DNA of 64,000 nucleotides from an uncultured Prevotella sp. (GCA_900554545.1 USHW01000007.1:6861-70860), one strand, 5' to 3'. Shown: positions 50,860-61,453, counted from the stretch's first letter. Numbers and translations are program-made. The notes: generated by a model not told the origin, from the letters alone.

Positions 50860-52635
50860 ATGACAAGGAACATTTTGCACCTGCTGATTTGCCTGTCGGC
50901 GGCATTGCTCGCCGCAAGTTGCGGCGGAACACGGAACGTCGGGACAAGCGGCACACCGGCGAAAACCACCGCCGTCAGCCTGCCTGCCATCAGCCACAGC
51001 GACAGCCTGCGCTTCAAAATCTATTATTTCGAGGCCATCAAGCAACAGTCAAGCGGCAACTTCGATGCCGCCTACGACCTGCTCAGGCACTGCCTCGACA
51101 TCAATCCCAACGCCGCAGAAGCCTACTTCATGCTCTCTTTCTATGACGGAATACTGAAAAACGACTCCACTGCGGTGGCCGACGTCAAGAAAGCGTCGGA
51201 ACTGAGTCCGGGCAACAACGCCTATCTGGAACGCCTCGGAGCCGGATATTTCAGCATGAACGACCTTGAAGAAGCCACAAAGGCATACGAGAAACTGGCC
51301 GAAAACAGCCCCGAACGCTCCGACGTGCTCGACATCCTGGCACAACTCTACGGGCGGCAGAAGGACTATGACAAGATGCTCGACGTGCTCCAGCGCATGG
51401 AAACGCTTGAAGGTGCGAACGAAGACCTCACCCTCGCAAAGATGAGGGTTTACTCCCTGCAAGGCAAGAAACAGGAAGAGTTCAACGAACTGAAGTCAAT
51501 GGCGGCCAAATATCCCAACGACATGAACTACCGTGTGATGATGGGCAACTGGCTGTTGCAGAACGGCAAGGCCGACGAAGCATACAGGCAGTACGAAGAA
51601 GTGCTGCAAGCCGAGCCGGGAAACACCGACGCACGGATGTCGCTGATAGACTATTACAGGACCACCGGGCTTGACTTGAAGGCCGACTCACTGCAAGAGG
51701 CGCTGCTGCTAAGCCCGAAAACGCCAAAAGACAGCAAGATTATACTGATAAGGCAGGCCGTATCGGAAAGCGAACAGCAGGGAGGCGACAGCACGAAGGT
51801 GCTCAACCTGTTCAGGAAAATACTCGCCGAGCCGCAGGAAACATCGGACATGGCGGAGCTTTGCGCCGCATACATGACGCTGAAAAACATGCCGCAAGAC
51901 TCCATCTCGAAAGTCCTTGAAATGGTGCTCGCCATCTCTCCCGACAACGCCGGCGCCCGGCTGCAGCTTATACAGACCGAATGGAACAGGCAAGACTTCG
52001 ACCGCGTGGCGGAGCTTTCACGCCAGGCAATCGACTACAACCCCGATGAAATGGCGTTTTATTACTTCCTCGGGCTGGCATACGTCCAGAAAGACGACGA
52101 TGACAGCGCGCTGGAGGCGCTGCGGCGGGGCGTAAGCCAGATTAACAGCCAAAGCAACAAAGACCTCGTTTCAGACTTTTACGCCATCATGGGGGACATC
52201 CTCCACGACAAGAAACTTGACGAAGAGGCCTACGCCGCGTATGACTCTTGCCTGCAATGGAAGGACGACAACTACGGATGTCTTAACAACTACGCCTACT
52301 ACCTGTCAGAAGAGAACCGCGAACTGGCCAAGGCCGAGCAGATGAGTTACCGTACGGTGCAGGCCGAACCGGACAATCCCACCTTCCTTGACACCTACGC
52401 CTGGATACTGTTCAAGCGCAAGAAGTACGCCGAAGCCATGCAATACATCAACATGGCGGTGGACAACGACACGACGAAAAGCGCGGTGATAACAGAGCAT
52501 GCGGGCGACATTCACGCCGTGAACGGCGACATCGAGGGCGCGATAAAGTTCTGGCAGCAGGCTTTGGAAGCCGGTTCGGAGAACGACAAGGCCATCAGAC
52601 GAAAAATAAAACTAAAGAAATATGTGGAAGAATAA
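50860..52635 (+). CDS. TPR-repeat lipoprotein
   Basis: Lipobox AASC; multiple TPRs; LNNYAYYL, LDTYAWIL. Confidence 0.88.
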   Translation: MTRNILHLLICLSAALLAASCGGTRNVGTSGTPAKTTAVSLPAISHSDSLRFKIYYFEAIKQQSSGNFDAAYDLLRHCLDINPNAAEAYFMLSFYDGILKNDSTAVADVKKASELSPGNNAYLERLGAGYFSMNDLEEATKAYEKLAENSPERSDVLDILAQLYGRQKDYDKMLDVLQRMETLEGANEDLTLAKMRVYSLQGKKQEEFNELKSMAAKYPNDMNYRVMMGNWLLQNGKADEAYRQYEEVLQAEPGNTDARMSLIDYYRTTGLDLKADSLQEALLLSPKTPKDSKIILIRQAVSESEQQGGDSTKVLNLFRKILAEPQETSDMAELCAAYMTLKNMPQDSISKVLEMVLAISPDNAGARLQLIQTEWNRQDFDRVAELSRQAIDYNPDEMAFYYFLGLAYVQKDDDDSALEALRRGVSQINSQSNKDLVSDFYAIMGDILHDKKLDEEAYAAYDSCLQWKDDNYGCLNNYAYYLSEENRELAKAEQMSYRTVQAEPDNPTFLDTYAWILFKRKKYAEAMQYINMAVDNDTTKSAVITEHAGDIHAVNGDIEGAIKFWQQALEAGSENDKAIRRKIKLKKYVEE

Positions 52636-53518
52636 GTGCAGACTAGCATGGGGAACGGCTTTCATGACACTGTTGCTGACCGTAGTTTCGTGTGGCAGCA
52701 GCAAGTCAATGGTTGACAATATAAAATCAGACAAAGCCCCAAAGGTCACCGCTGAAAACGCAGAAACAGCAGCACGTGACCTTCTCAGGAAAGTTTATGA
52801 CAACGAAGTGTATGCCAACAGCATAAAATCAAAAATCAAGTTCACCATCAACAACGGTTCAAAGGACATCTCGGTGTCAGGTTCACTGAACATGAAAAAG
52901 GACCAGGTGATACGCATCCAGCTTACGCCGTTCGGCCTGATGGAGGTAGGACGCCTTGAATTCACCAAGGACTATGTCCTCCTTATGGACCGTATGAACA
53001 AGGAATATGTCAAGGCCAGCTACTCCGACGTTGACTTCTTACGGAAAAACGGGCTTGACTTCTACGCCCTGCAAGCCATCTTCTGGAACAAGCTCTTCGT
53101 CCCAGGAACACAGAGCATAACCGATTCATCGCTCAAGAACTTCACCGTAGCGTTCAACAACAAGCCGTCAGAAACAGTAATTTCCCACAAACGAGGCGAC
53201 ATGTCATACCTCTGGACGGCCGACGGAACCACCGCCCTGATAAAAAGCGTTGACATAACGTATGACGGGAAAGCGTCGGGCTCTACTACCGTAACGTGTT
53301 CCTACGGCGCATTCAAGCCCCTCGGCACCAAGCTCTTTCCGACAGACATCACACTGAAGATGAAGAGCGACGCGGTAAAAAAGGCCGAAAACCTGTCAGT
53401 GAACATATCAATCAACAACCCTGACACCGACGGCGACTGGGACACATTCACCTCAATATCAAGCAAATACAAGCAGGTCAGCGTGCAGGATGTTATGAAC
53501 CGACTTTTGAAAATGTAA
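52622..53518 (+). CDS. DUF4292-like lipoprotein
   Basis: Lipobox VVSC; FGLMEVGR, LQAIFWN; dut-TPR-X-envC gene order. Confidence 0.75.
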   Translation: MWKNKCRLAWGTAFMTLLLTVVSCGSSKSMVDNIKSDKAPKVTAENAETAARDLLRKVYDNEVYANSIKSKIKFTINNGSKDISVSGSLNMKKDQVIRIQLTPFGLMEVGRLEFTKDYVLLMDRMNKEYVKASYSDVDFLRKNGLDFYALQAIFWNKLFVPGTQSITDSSLKNFTVAFNNKPSETVISHKRGDMSYLWTADGTTALIKSVDITYDGKASGSTTVTCSYGAFKPLGTKLFPTDITLKMKSDAVKKAENLSVNISINNPDTDGDWDTFTSISSKYKQVSVQDVMNRLLKM

Positions 53519-55099
53519 ATGAAACGACTTCTCATTTTGTTTTTCGCACTGGCGATAGCCTTCCCCTTCTCCGCACAAAACAAGAAACAGACAACGCGGA
53601 AGAAGGCCAAGACAACCCGTGTGACAAAGAAAAGCACCTCGACAAAGAAAAAGAAAACCGCCAAATACCAAAGCAACTCCATCAAGGGGCTGCGCAACCA
53701 GCGTGCCGGTGTGCAGCGCAAAATCAAGGAACAGGAGCGACTGCTGCGTGCAAACAAGGCCGACGTGAAGAAGCGTCTTGGCGACCTGGTTGCCATCGGC
53801 ACCGAGATTGACCGCCACAAGAAGTCAATCGACACCATACAAAACGAGATAACCCACATCGACAGCAACATAAAGATGCTTGAAAGCCAGCTCGCCACGC
53901 TTGAGAAACAGCTCGACGAGCGCAAGGCGAAGTATGTGAAATCAATGCGCTACTTGGCCGCGCGGCGCACGGTGCAGGACAAGCTGATGTTCATCTTCAG
54001 CGCAAAAAACTTCGCACAGATGTACCGCCGCATGCGCTTCGTGCGCGAATACGCCGCATTCCAGCGGTCGCAGGGCGAAATGGTGAAGGCAAAGCAGCGG
54101 CAAATAGAAGAAAAGCGGACAGAGCTTGAACGTGTGCGCCGGCACAAGAACACTCTCTTGGACAAGGACAAACGCGAGCACGAGGCACTGCAAGGCAAGC
54201 AGAACGAACAGCAGAAGATGGTGAACACGCTGCAACGCCAGCAGAAAACGATACAACGGATAATTGACGAACAGCGCAAGAAAGACGCCGAGCTGAACGC
54301 CAGGATTGACCGCCTCGTTGCCGAAGAGATAGCCAAGGCGAAGGCAAGAGCCGAAGCCGAGGCAAGGCGCAAGGCCAAATTAGAGGCCGAAGCGAAGCGG
54401 AAGGCCGCCGAACTGGCACGCAAAAAGGCCGAGGCTGAGGCCCGGGAGCGCGAGAACGCGCGCCGCATAGCCGAGGCACGCGAGCGTGAAGAGAAGCTGA
54501 AAGCCGCGGCGCGCGAGGCCGCCAAGAAAGACGAAGCGGCACGCGAGAAGGCCGACCGCAAGGCACGCGAGGCCGAAGCCGACCGCATTGCGGCAGAACG
54601 CAAGGCGCAAGCTGACAAGGAACGCGGCGAGCGCGAGGTGGAACGGGCGCGCAAGAGGGCTGCCGCCGCATCGGAAATGGACAGCAACGACCGCAAGCTC
54701 AGCGGCAGCTTCGAGCGCAACCGCGGACGGCTGCCCATGCCGCTTGCCGGACAATGCAGCATAGTGAGCCACTTCGGACAGTACAACGTTCCCGGACTGC
54801 GCAACGTAAGGCTCGACAACAAGGGCATCAACATCAAGGGACAGCCCGGCGCTACGGTGCGAGCCGTGTTCAACGGCGAGGTAAGCGCCGTGTTCAACTT
54901 CGACGGAAGCATCATCGTTATGGTGCGCCACGGCAACTACATCTCCGTGTACTGCAACCTCGGCAGCGTAAGGGTGAGCCGCGGCCAGCAGATAAGCACA
55001 GGCCAGGCCATAGGCTCTCTCGGCCCTGAAAACATACTCCAGTTCCAGCTAAGGCGCGGCACGGCGAAGCTGAACCCCGAGACTTGGCTGAGAAGATAA
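53519..55099 (+). CDS. EnvC-like murein hydrolase activator (coiled coil plus degenerate M23)
   Basis: Long coiled coil; NRGRLPMP, NKGINI, VRHGNYISVY, LQFQLR; metal ligands missing. Confidence 0.88.
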   Translation: MKRLLILFFALAIAFPFSAQNKKQTTRKKAKTTRVTKKSTSTKKKKTAKYQSNSIKGLRNQRAGVQRKIKEQERLLRANKADVKKRLGDLVAIGTEIDRHKKSIDTIQNEITHIDSNIKMLESQLATLEKQLDERKAKYVKSMRYLAARRTVQDKLMFIFSAKNFAQMYRRMRFVREYAAFQRSQGEMVKAKQRQIEEKRTELERVRRHKNTLLDKDKREHEALQGKQNEQQKMVNTLQRQQKTIQRIIDEQRKKDAELNARIDRLVAEEIAKAKARAEAEARRKAKLEAEAKRKAAELARKKAEAEARERENARRIAEAREREEKLKAAAREAAKKDEAAREKADRKAREAEADRIAAERKAQADKERGEREVERARKRAAAASEMDSNDRKLSGSFERNRGRLPMPLAGQCSIVSHFGQYNVPGLRNVRLDNKGINIKGQPGATVRAVFNGEVSAVFNFDGSIIVMVRHGNYISVYCNLGSVRVSRGQQISTGQAIGSLGPENILQFQLRRGTAKLNPETWLRR

Positions 55100-55144
55100 G
55101 AGTGAAGAACGAAGAGTGAAGAGTGAATAATCAGACACTTCACT
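55098..55144 (+). repeat. GAAGAGT heptamer run, probable half fold-back element
   Basis: AAGAGTGAAGAACGAAGAGTGAAGAGTGAA followed by a short CTTCACT. Confidence 0.5.
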
Positions 55145-55259
55145 GACGACAACACATAAAAAAGCCGTATTTCACACGATGAAACACGGCTTTTTCCGTT
55201 GCCTCCGACGATGTTTCCAACCGCGAGACACGGTTGAAACGCAGCGCAAAGACGGCCTG

Positions 55260-56234
55260 TCACGCTCCTACCGATGCGTCGTAAATGCTGAAACAGATGC
55301 TTTTCACCTCGTCGCCGCCGTCAATTGCCGCGAGGAAAGCCTGTGCGCCAAGCTCTTCGGCGTTACGTTCAAGAAAGCCGGTAATTATCTCCCACACCTG
55401 TTCACGCGAGAAAGTAAACAGCTTCGGGGCGTGTTTGAAATAGTCCTTTGCCATCGGACAGCCCTTCCAGTCGTGGTTTAGCAGCGCAGTGAACACATGG
55501 CCAAGCCGCTCAAGCAGGGCCTTGTTGTCATCCGAAGGATGCTGGTTGTCATAAAATTTTACAGTCTGTCCGAGCAGGATGAACACGCCTTCAAAGGTAA
55601 TCTGCCTGTCGAAAGCGGCCTCGTCTTCATCAGGCTCGGTGCAGTCGATGTCCTTCACGCCGCAGAACAGCCTGCGGCAACCGCGGCTCTCACCAACGTT
55701 GCAACGCAAAGTGAAGCTTACCCGTGGGTCGTCGGGTTGCCCGCCCTCGGCCGGCTTCATGTCAAAGCCCTCGGCCTTGGCTTGTTCCAAGAGTTCGTCA
55801 AAAGTGAACTTCGGCGGCAAACGCTTGACGGCTTTCTTCAGCTTAGCCAGCTCCGCACGCCCCGTTCCCTCCTTCACTGGCACATCGACATCCACATAAT
55901 CCCTCACGGCAGCCTTGCGTTCAAGCCACCTCCGGTAAGCCTCAACATCATTGTCGATGACCTTGTTTATGACAGCCAGCTCCTCATCGGTCACCGGACG
56001 CAGCCAGTCGGCACCGTCAAAGGCCGCCCGCGCCCGGTTTTTCTTCAGTCCGCCGCGCCGTCCGCAGAAGCCGCGATAAGCCACAACCGTCTCCTTGTAA
56101 TCGCCCACCTTGCGCTCGCCGTAAGCCACCTCGTCGTCAAACTCCTCATAATAAATCTTCTGGACGCACTCAACCATTGCGAACTCGTCTTCAGCCCAAA
56201 TCCAATCTCCAGCATGATAAGCAGCCATAGGCAA
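55260..56234 (-). CDS. Hypothetical protein
   Basis: 324-aa ORF filling the gap, with an upstream AT-rich TATCTTTG promoter-like element; no recognised motif. Confidence 0.7.
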   Translation of the reverse strand: MPMAAYHAGDWIWAEDEFAMVECVQKIYYEEFDDEVAYGERKVGDYKETVVAYRGFCGRRGGLKKNRARAAFDGADWLRPVTDEELAVINKVIDNDVEAYRRWLERKAAVRDYVDVDVPVKEGTGRAELAKLKKAVKRLPPKFTFDELLEQAKAEGFDMKPAEGGQPDDPRVSFTLRCNVGESRGCRRLFCGVKDIDCTEPDEDEAAFDRQITFEGVFILLGQTVKFYDNQHPSDDNKALLERLGHVFTALLNHDWKGCPMAKDYFKHAPKLFTFSREQVWEIITGFLERNAEELGAQAFLAAIDGGDEVKSICFSIYDASVGA

Positions 56235-56329
56235 TACCTTTTTTATATTATGTCACTCCGCAAAGATAACTATTTTCAATCATAACACAATGACTAAGAC
56301 CCTAATTTCACACGCCTCTACCGCCAACG

Positions 56330-56455
56330 GCAAACCCGTTGACACACAGCACGTTACAAAGAGGTTTGCAAAAGACCGTGTTTTACACTGCAAAAGGCCA
56401 CCTTTTACAAGCTAAAAGGTGGCCTTTTGGATGGTAAAAGGTGGTGTATTGAAAA
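56330..56455 (+). repeat. Family A element 8
   Basis: AAACCCGTTGACACACAGCACGTTA, then units at 56368, 56390, 56412, 56434. Confidence 0.85.
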
Positions 56456-56523
56456 TCCACAGCAACCAAACCGACAACCCACCCCGCCCCTCCCGAAGGG
56501 AGGGAGCTTGATTACCTGCACTC
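56456..56523 (+). repeat. Family B REP-like hairpin with linker
   Basis: Homologous to 5124-5191. Confidence 0.75.
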
Positions 56524-56553
56524 ATTTGAATACAAATGAGGCGCTCGGTAACC

Positions 56554-56580
56554 GTCATGCCGCACGCCGATGCGGCATCC
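56554..56580 (+). repeat. GTCATGCCG-type REP-like palindrome
   Basis: GTC-ATGCCGCA-CGCCGA-TGCGGCAT-CC; single copy in the window. Confidence 0.5.
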
Positions 56581-56601
56581 AGTGTATGCAATCAATGTCA
56601 T

Positions 56602-56712
56602 TTTAATTGAGAATTGAGAATTGGGAATGGATAATTATGATTACCTTAAAAGGTTGTCTGCCAACAAAGCAAATCATAATTATCCATTCCCAATTCTCAA
56701 TTCTCAATTAAA
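56602..56712. repeat. Family H fold-back element, perfect 41-bp arms
   Basis: Arms 56602-56642 and 56672-56712; loop is nearly the reverse complement of the 30237-30264 loop. Confidence 0.92.
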
Positions 56713-56732
56713 GAGCAAGCTCTAAATCGGCG

Positions 56733-58400
56733 TCAGTACTTGAAGGAGCTGCCCCCGAGGAACTCGCGCAGCAGCGATGTGGGCGGCAGCTGGCGGTTGG
56801 GAATGGGCGAAATGTACTTCAGGAACTTCAACAGGCGGTACGCCTCGGCATACTCGTCGGCGTTTTCGGGCACGAGTTCAAGCAGCGGCTCGGCCTGGCT
56901 TTTTATCACCGCAAGCTCGAAGAGCAGGGCGGTGTTGAACATAACGTCGGCGTTCTCCTGATAAGGGAATATCCACTTGTTCTCTCCGGCGCGCACACTC
57001 GGCCAGCGGTGGATGGTTTCCTGCGCGCTAACTCCGCGGTACTTGTAGTCGCGGATGATGCGGCGCAGCAGCCGGTTGTCCGTCGTAGGTATGTAGTTGT
57101 GGGCGTCAAGCAGTATGGTGGTAAGGGCCGATGCGTAGACGCGGAACTTCTGTTCTTCGGGTATCTGGGCGGTAAGCTCGGGATTGAGGGCGTGTATTCC
57201 CTCAACGACAAGCACCTCGTCGGCGGCCAGCCGCAGGCGGCGGCCGCTACGTTCGCTGCGTCCCGTCTGGAAGTTATACCGCGGCAGCTCCACCTCCTCG
57301 CCTGCAAACAGAGCGTTGAGCTGCCTGTTAAGCAGCTCTATGTCAAGCGCGTAAAGGCTCTCGTAATCATATTCGCCGCTGTCGTCCTTGGGCGTTTCCT
57401 CGCGGTTCACAAAGTAATCGTCGAGCGAAACGGGCACAGGCTTCACGCCGCAGGTGAGCAGCTGGATGGAAAGACGCTTGCAGAAGGTGGTCTTTCCGCT
57501 TGACGACGGGCCTGAGATAAGCACCATGCGCACGCCGCGCCGTGTCGAAATCATGTCGGCTATCTGCGATATCTTCTTCTCCTGGAGCGCCTCCGACACG
57601 TTGATAAGGTCGGTGGAACGGCCCTGCTGCACAGCCTCGTTGAAGTCGCCGACGGTTGACATGCCGAGGATATGCTGCCAGCGGTGGTGCTCCTGGAAGA
57701 TGTCGAACATCTTGTCCTGCCTTACCAGCTCGCCCAGACGCGAGGGGTCGTCACGCGAGGGGATGCGCAGCAGCATGCCGTCATAATACTTCTCAAGGCC
57801 GAAGAGGTAAAGCTGGCGCGTGTTTGTGAGCAGGGTGCCGTAGTAATAGTCCTTGTATCCGTCTATTTCATAATAGGTGGTATAGAGCCGTCCGACGCTT
57901 CTCAGCAGCTTGGCCTTCGACTCCATGCCCATGCCGGAGAACATCCTGATAACCTCTTCGGTAGTGCTTTCATGCCGGCAGATGGGCAAGGCCGCGTCGA
58001 TTATCTCCTGCATGCGCCGCCTTACGGCGTCGGCGTCAAAGTGAGTGACGGGCCGCCCTATGTTGATGTTGCAGTAATAACCGTTGGACACGGGAATGTC
58101 AATCACCACGTCAGCCCCCGGCCACAGGTCGTGTACGGCCTTGCACAACACGAAGAAGAGCGTCCTCGTGTAGGCCCTGACACCCGACGACGACCTGATG
58201 TCAAGGTATTCCACGTCTTTGTTGTGATAAACGCGGTAGTGAAGTCCCTCCACCTTGTTGTTTACTTTCACGCTGATGGGGCCGTAGTCCATCTTAAGGT
58301 TTAATTCACGGAAAACCTCAGAAAGAGTGCTTCCTATTGGGACGTTTAAAGTTTTTTGATTATTTTTGCAACGGATTTGTATTACTTGTTTCATGTCCAT
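56733..58400 (-). CDS. Uridine/nucleoside kinase with ThrRS-like N-terminal domains
   Basis: GPSSSGKTT P-loop, SLDDYF, EGIHALN, RLLRRIIRD; TGS/SAD-like N-terminus. Confidence 0.87.
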   Translation of the reverse strand: MDMKQVIQIRCKNNQKTLNVPIGSTLSEVFRELNLKMDYGPISVKVNNKVEGLHYRVYHNKDVEYLDIRSSSGVRAYTRTLFFVLCKAVHDLWPGADVVIDIPVSNGYYCNINIGRPVTHFDADAVRRRMQEIIDAALPICRHESTTEEVIRMFSGMGMESKAKLLRSVGRLYTTYYEIDGYKDYYYGTLLTNTRQLYLFGLEKYYDGMLLRIPSRDDPSRLGELVRQDKMFDIFQEHHRWQHILGMSTVGDFNEAVQQGRSTDLINVSEALQEKKISQIADMISTRRGVRMVLISGPSSSGKTTFCKRLSIQLLTCGVKPVPVSLDDYFVNREETPKDDSGEYDYESLYALDIELLNRQLNALFAGEEVELPRYNFQTGRSERSGRRLRLAADEVLVVEGIHALNPELTAQIPEEQKFRVYASALTTILLDAHNYIPTTDNRLLRRIIRDYKYRGVSAQETIHRWPSVRAGENKWIFPYQENADVMFNTALLFELAVIKSQAEPLLELVPENADEYAEAYRLLKFLKYISPIPNRQLPPTSLLREFLGGSSFKY

Positions 58401-58481
58401 AGCGGTTTTAGGTTATACGTTGGTAAAGATACGCCGTTTTCCCGACACCGCACAACGTTCGACAACAAATTAAATTAAAAT

Positions 58482-60176
58482 ATGTCGATTTGGATTTTTT
58501 TTAAGATTATCGGATCATTGGCTCTCCTTATCTACGGAATGAAGGTGATGAGCGAAGCCTTGCAGAAGATGGCCGGTTCGCAGTTGCGCCACATCTTAGG
58601 CACAATGACCAAAAACAGGTTTACCGGTATATTCACCGGCATGTTCGTAACGGCCGCCGTCCAGTCGTCGTCGGCCACAACGGTGATGACCGTCTCGTTT
58701 GTCAACGCCGGACTTCTTACACTCGCCCAAGCCATATCCGTCATCATGGGAGCCAACATCGGCACCACCCTTACCGCCTGGATAATGAGCCTGGGCTTTT
58801 CGTTTAACTTCATGGACGCGGTGTTCCCGGCATTCATCGTCGGCATCCTGCTCATCTACACGCGCCGCCACCGCTACATAGGCGACTTCCTTTTCGGCAT
58901 AGCGTTCATGTTTTTCTCGCTCGCACTGCTGAGCCAGACGGGCAACGAGATGGACCTTGGGCACAACAAGCAGCTAATCCACTTCTTCAGCACGTTCGAC
59001 ACGGGCAACTATGCCACGATTATCGTGTTCCTGCTCATAGGCACACTGCTTACGTGCATCCTGCAATCGTCGGCCGCACTGATGGCCATCACGATGATGC
59101 TCTGCTCGAGCGGCGTGCTGCCTCTGTATCTCGGAATAGCCCTCGTGATGGGAGAGAACATCGGAACTACGGCCACCGCCAACCTTGCCGCACTCGGAGC
59201 TAACACCCAGGCGCGGCGTGCCGCGCTGGCCCACCTGGTGTTCAACGTGTTCGGAGTAATCTGGGTGCTGTGCGTGTTCTATCCTTTCGTCAACACGGTG
59301 TGCTCGTTCGTCAACTACGACCCCATGACCGACACGCTCGACCCGGCACGCCTGGCGGTTGTGCTGGCTGCTTTCCACACGGCGTTCAACATCTGCAACA
59401 CCACCGTCCTCGTATGGTTCATACCCCAGATTGAGAAAACTGTTTGCTGGCTCATCAAGCCCAAATCGAAGGACAGCGAGGACGAGTTCCGCCTGCGCTA
59501 CATCGGCGGCGACACGATAATGAAGACCCCTGAGCTGTCTGTGCTCGAGGCGCAGAAGGAAATACAGCTGTTCGCCGAGAGGACGCAGAGGATGTTCGGC
59601 TTCGTGCGCGAGCTGCTGGGCACGAAGAACGATGCCGACTTCAACAAACTGTTCAGCCGCATCGAGAAATACGAGGGCATCAGCGACAACATGGAGATTG
59701 AAATAGCCAAGTATCTCGACCGCGTAAGCGACGCGCACCTTAGCGACGAGACCAAGGCCAAGATACGCGCCATGCTGCGCGAAATATCCGAAATAGAGAG
59801 CATCGGCGACAGCTGCTACAACATTGCACGCACAATCAGCCGTAAGGCGAGGGGCAAGGAGGACTTCACCGAGCGCCAGTACGAGCACCTGCACCAGATG
59901 TTTGAGCTTACGGACGACAGCCTCACGCAGATGAACGTGATGCTCGCGGGCCGCAAGGACAAGCTTGACGCCAACCGCTCGTTCAACATCGAGAACGAGA
60001 TTAACAACTACCGCAACCAGCTGCGCAGCCAGAACATCAACGACGTGAACGCCCACGAATATACCTACGCCATCGGGACAATGTACATGGACATCGTTTC
60101 GGAATGCGAGAAGCTGGGCGACTATGTAATCAACGTTGTCGAGGCGCGCATGGGCACAAGGCAGAAGGAGGCGTAG
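58482..60176 (+). CDS. Na+/phosphate cotransporter with PhoU-like C-terminus
   Basis: Two QSSS/QSSA repeats, GANIGTT and GENIGTT, EKLGDY. Confidence 0.93.
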   Translation: MSIWIFFKIIGSLALLIYGMKVMSEALQKMAGSQLRHILGTMTKNRFTGIFTGMFVTAAVQSSSATTVMTVSFVNAGLLTLAQAISVIMGANIGTTLTAWIMSLGFSFNFMDAVFPAFIVGILLIYTRRHRYIGDFLFGIAFMFFSLALLSQTGNEMDLGHNKQLIHFFSTFDTGNYATIIVFLLIGTLLTCILQSSAALMAITMMLCSSGVLPLYLGIALVMGENIGTTATANLAALGANTQARRAALAHLVFNVFGVIWVLCVFYPFVNTVCSFVNYDPMTDTLDPARLAVVLAAFHTAFNICNTTVLVWFIPQIEKTVCWLIKPKSKDSEDEFRLRYIGGDTIMKTPELSVLEAQKEIQLFAERTQRMFGFVRELLGTKNDADFNKLFSRIEKYEGISDNMEIEIAKYLDRVSDAHLSDETKAKIRAMLREISEIESIGDSCYNIARTISRKARGKEDFTERQYEHLHQMFELTDDSLTQMNVMLAGRKDKLDANRSFNIENEINNYRNQLRSQNINDVNAHEYTYAIGTMYMDIVSECEKLGDYVINVVEARMGTRQKEA

Positions 60177-60260
60177 GCAACCGCCTGGCTGACAGAGGCT
60201 TACGTCCGCAAGCAGCCCCATGTAGCACCCTCTGCACAGCCGCAGGCCTGCAGGCGTTTT

Positions 60261-60348
60261 ACAAAAGGCCACCTTTTACACGCTAAAAGGTGGCCTTTCG
60301 CATTGCAATACACGGCCTTTCGGAAGGCGAAAGACGGCCTTTTAAAAA
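60261..60348 (+). repeat. Family A element 9
   Basis: Units at 60261, 60283, 60305, 60327; box degenerate and displaced to about 60177-60202. Confidence 0.8.
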
Positions 60349-60493
60349 AACGTCAGGCAAAGACAATATTGTCACTTTTGTCTGCAAAAGTGTCCGACTT
60401 AACCTTTTTACACAAAAAAAGGAGCGAAAAACTATTTTAATATGAAAAGTTTTCATACCTTTGTACCTGTATTTTACCATTATCATAACCGTA

Positions 60494-61453
60494 ATGAAAC
60501 ATTGTTGCAAAATCCTGTTGGCGCTCGCAACATGCCTCGCAACGGCGGACGCCATGGCAACCGACAAGGAAGAATACCTGCCTTACGGTAATATGAACAG
60601 CTGGACAATCAGGAAAATAAAGGAGTCCGGCGTAATAGGCGGCGACACGAAGACCCTCTACGAAGTAGGTCCCAACCGCACAATCACGGGCAACACGCCC
60701 TACACCAACGGCGGAGGCTCGCCCTGGGGCACGTCTAACGTGATGGCGAAGGTGATGGGCGTAGTCAAGACCAACAACTCCGTGTACCGCGACAAGCACG
60801 GTTCGGGCTACTGCGCCAAGCTTGAAACGCACATCGAGAAGGTGCGCGTGCTCGGCCTGATGAACATGAAAGTGCTGGCCGCAGGCTCGCTGTTCCTCGG
60901 CGACATGAAAGAACCTATCACCGGAACGAAGGACGGCCCGAAGGCCATGAACAACGGAATACACTTCACAAAAAGGCCGAAGGCCCTGAAGTTCGACTAT
61001 ATGTTCAAGGCCGCCGGCACGGCAAACAGGGTGAAACAAAACGGTTTCAGCAGCGGAAAGACCGTGGCCGGACGCGACTACGCCGTATGCGTGCTCTTCC
61101 TCCAGAAGCGTACCGAAGACGCCGAGGGCAACATCACCGCAAAACGCGTTGGCACGATGGTGGTAAGATACGGCAAGAGCACCGGCGGATGGGTGAACGG
61201 GGCGACATACGAAATCCTATACGGAGACATACGCAACAACCCGCACTACAACGCCGCGACAATGGGGCTGCGCTCGACCGACTACGCGCGCAACAGCAAA
61301 GGCAAGAGCGTGCTGGTAAAAGAGACGGGATGGGCCTCGGCGAACGAGACCCCCACACACCTCATGCTGCAATTCTCGTCGAGCCACGGCGGAGCATACA
61401 TCGGCTCGCCGGGCAACACCCTGTGGGTTGACAACATCAGATTAGTATATTGA
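60494..61453 (+). CDS. Exported PCMD (putative carbohydrate metabolism domain) protein
   Basis: Signal peptide; SPWGTSN, LAAGSLFLG, PTHLMLQFSSS, TLWVDNIRLVY. Confidence 0.8.
   Translation: MKHCCKILLALATCLATADAMATDKEEYLPYGNMNSWTIRKIKESGVIGGDTKTLYEVGPNRTITGNTPYTNGGGSPWGTSNVMAKVMGVVKTNNSVYRDKHGSGYCAKLETHIEKVRVLGLMNMKVLAAGSLFLGDMKEPITGTKDGPKAMNNGIHFTKRPKALKFDYMFKAAGTANRVKQNGFSSGKTVAGRDYAVCVLFLQKRTEDAEGNITAKRVGTMVVRYGKSTGGWVNGATYEILYGDIRNNPHYNAATMGLRSTDYARNSKGKSVLVKETGWASANETPTHLMLQFSSSHGGAYIGSPGNTLWVDNIRLVY

Noticed and set aside
54330..54670. Low-complexity GAGGCC/GCGCGAG repeats in the envC-like gene
   Set aside because: They encode the ordinary Ala/Glu/Arg/Lys coiled coil.
55159..55196. Possible tenth family A copy (AAAAGCCGTATTTC...GAAACACGGCTTTT)
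   Set aside because: Only two degenerate units and no clear box; equally explained as a bidirectional terminator between convergent genes.
58974..60272. Long antisense ORFs (also 317-1294, 8645-9571, 9870-10817, 11004-12230, 30354-31244, 53950-54936)
   Set aside because: They lie opposite well-supported genes, have no motifs, and are expected shadows of GC3-rich codon usage.
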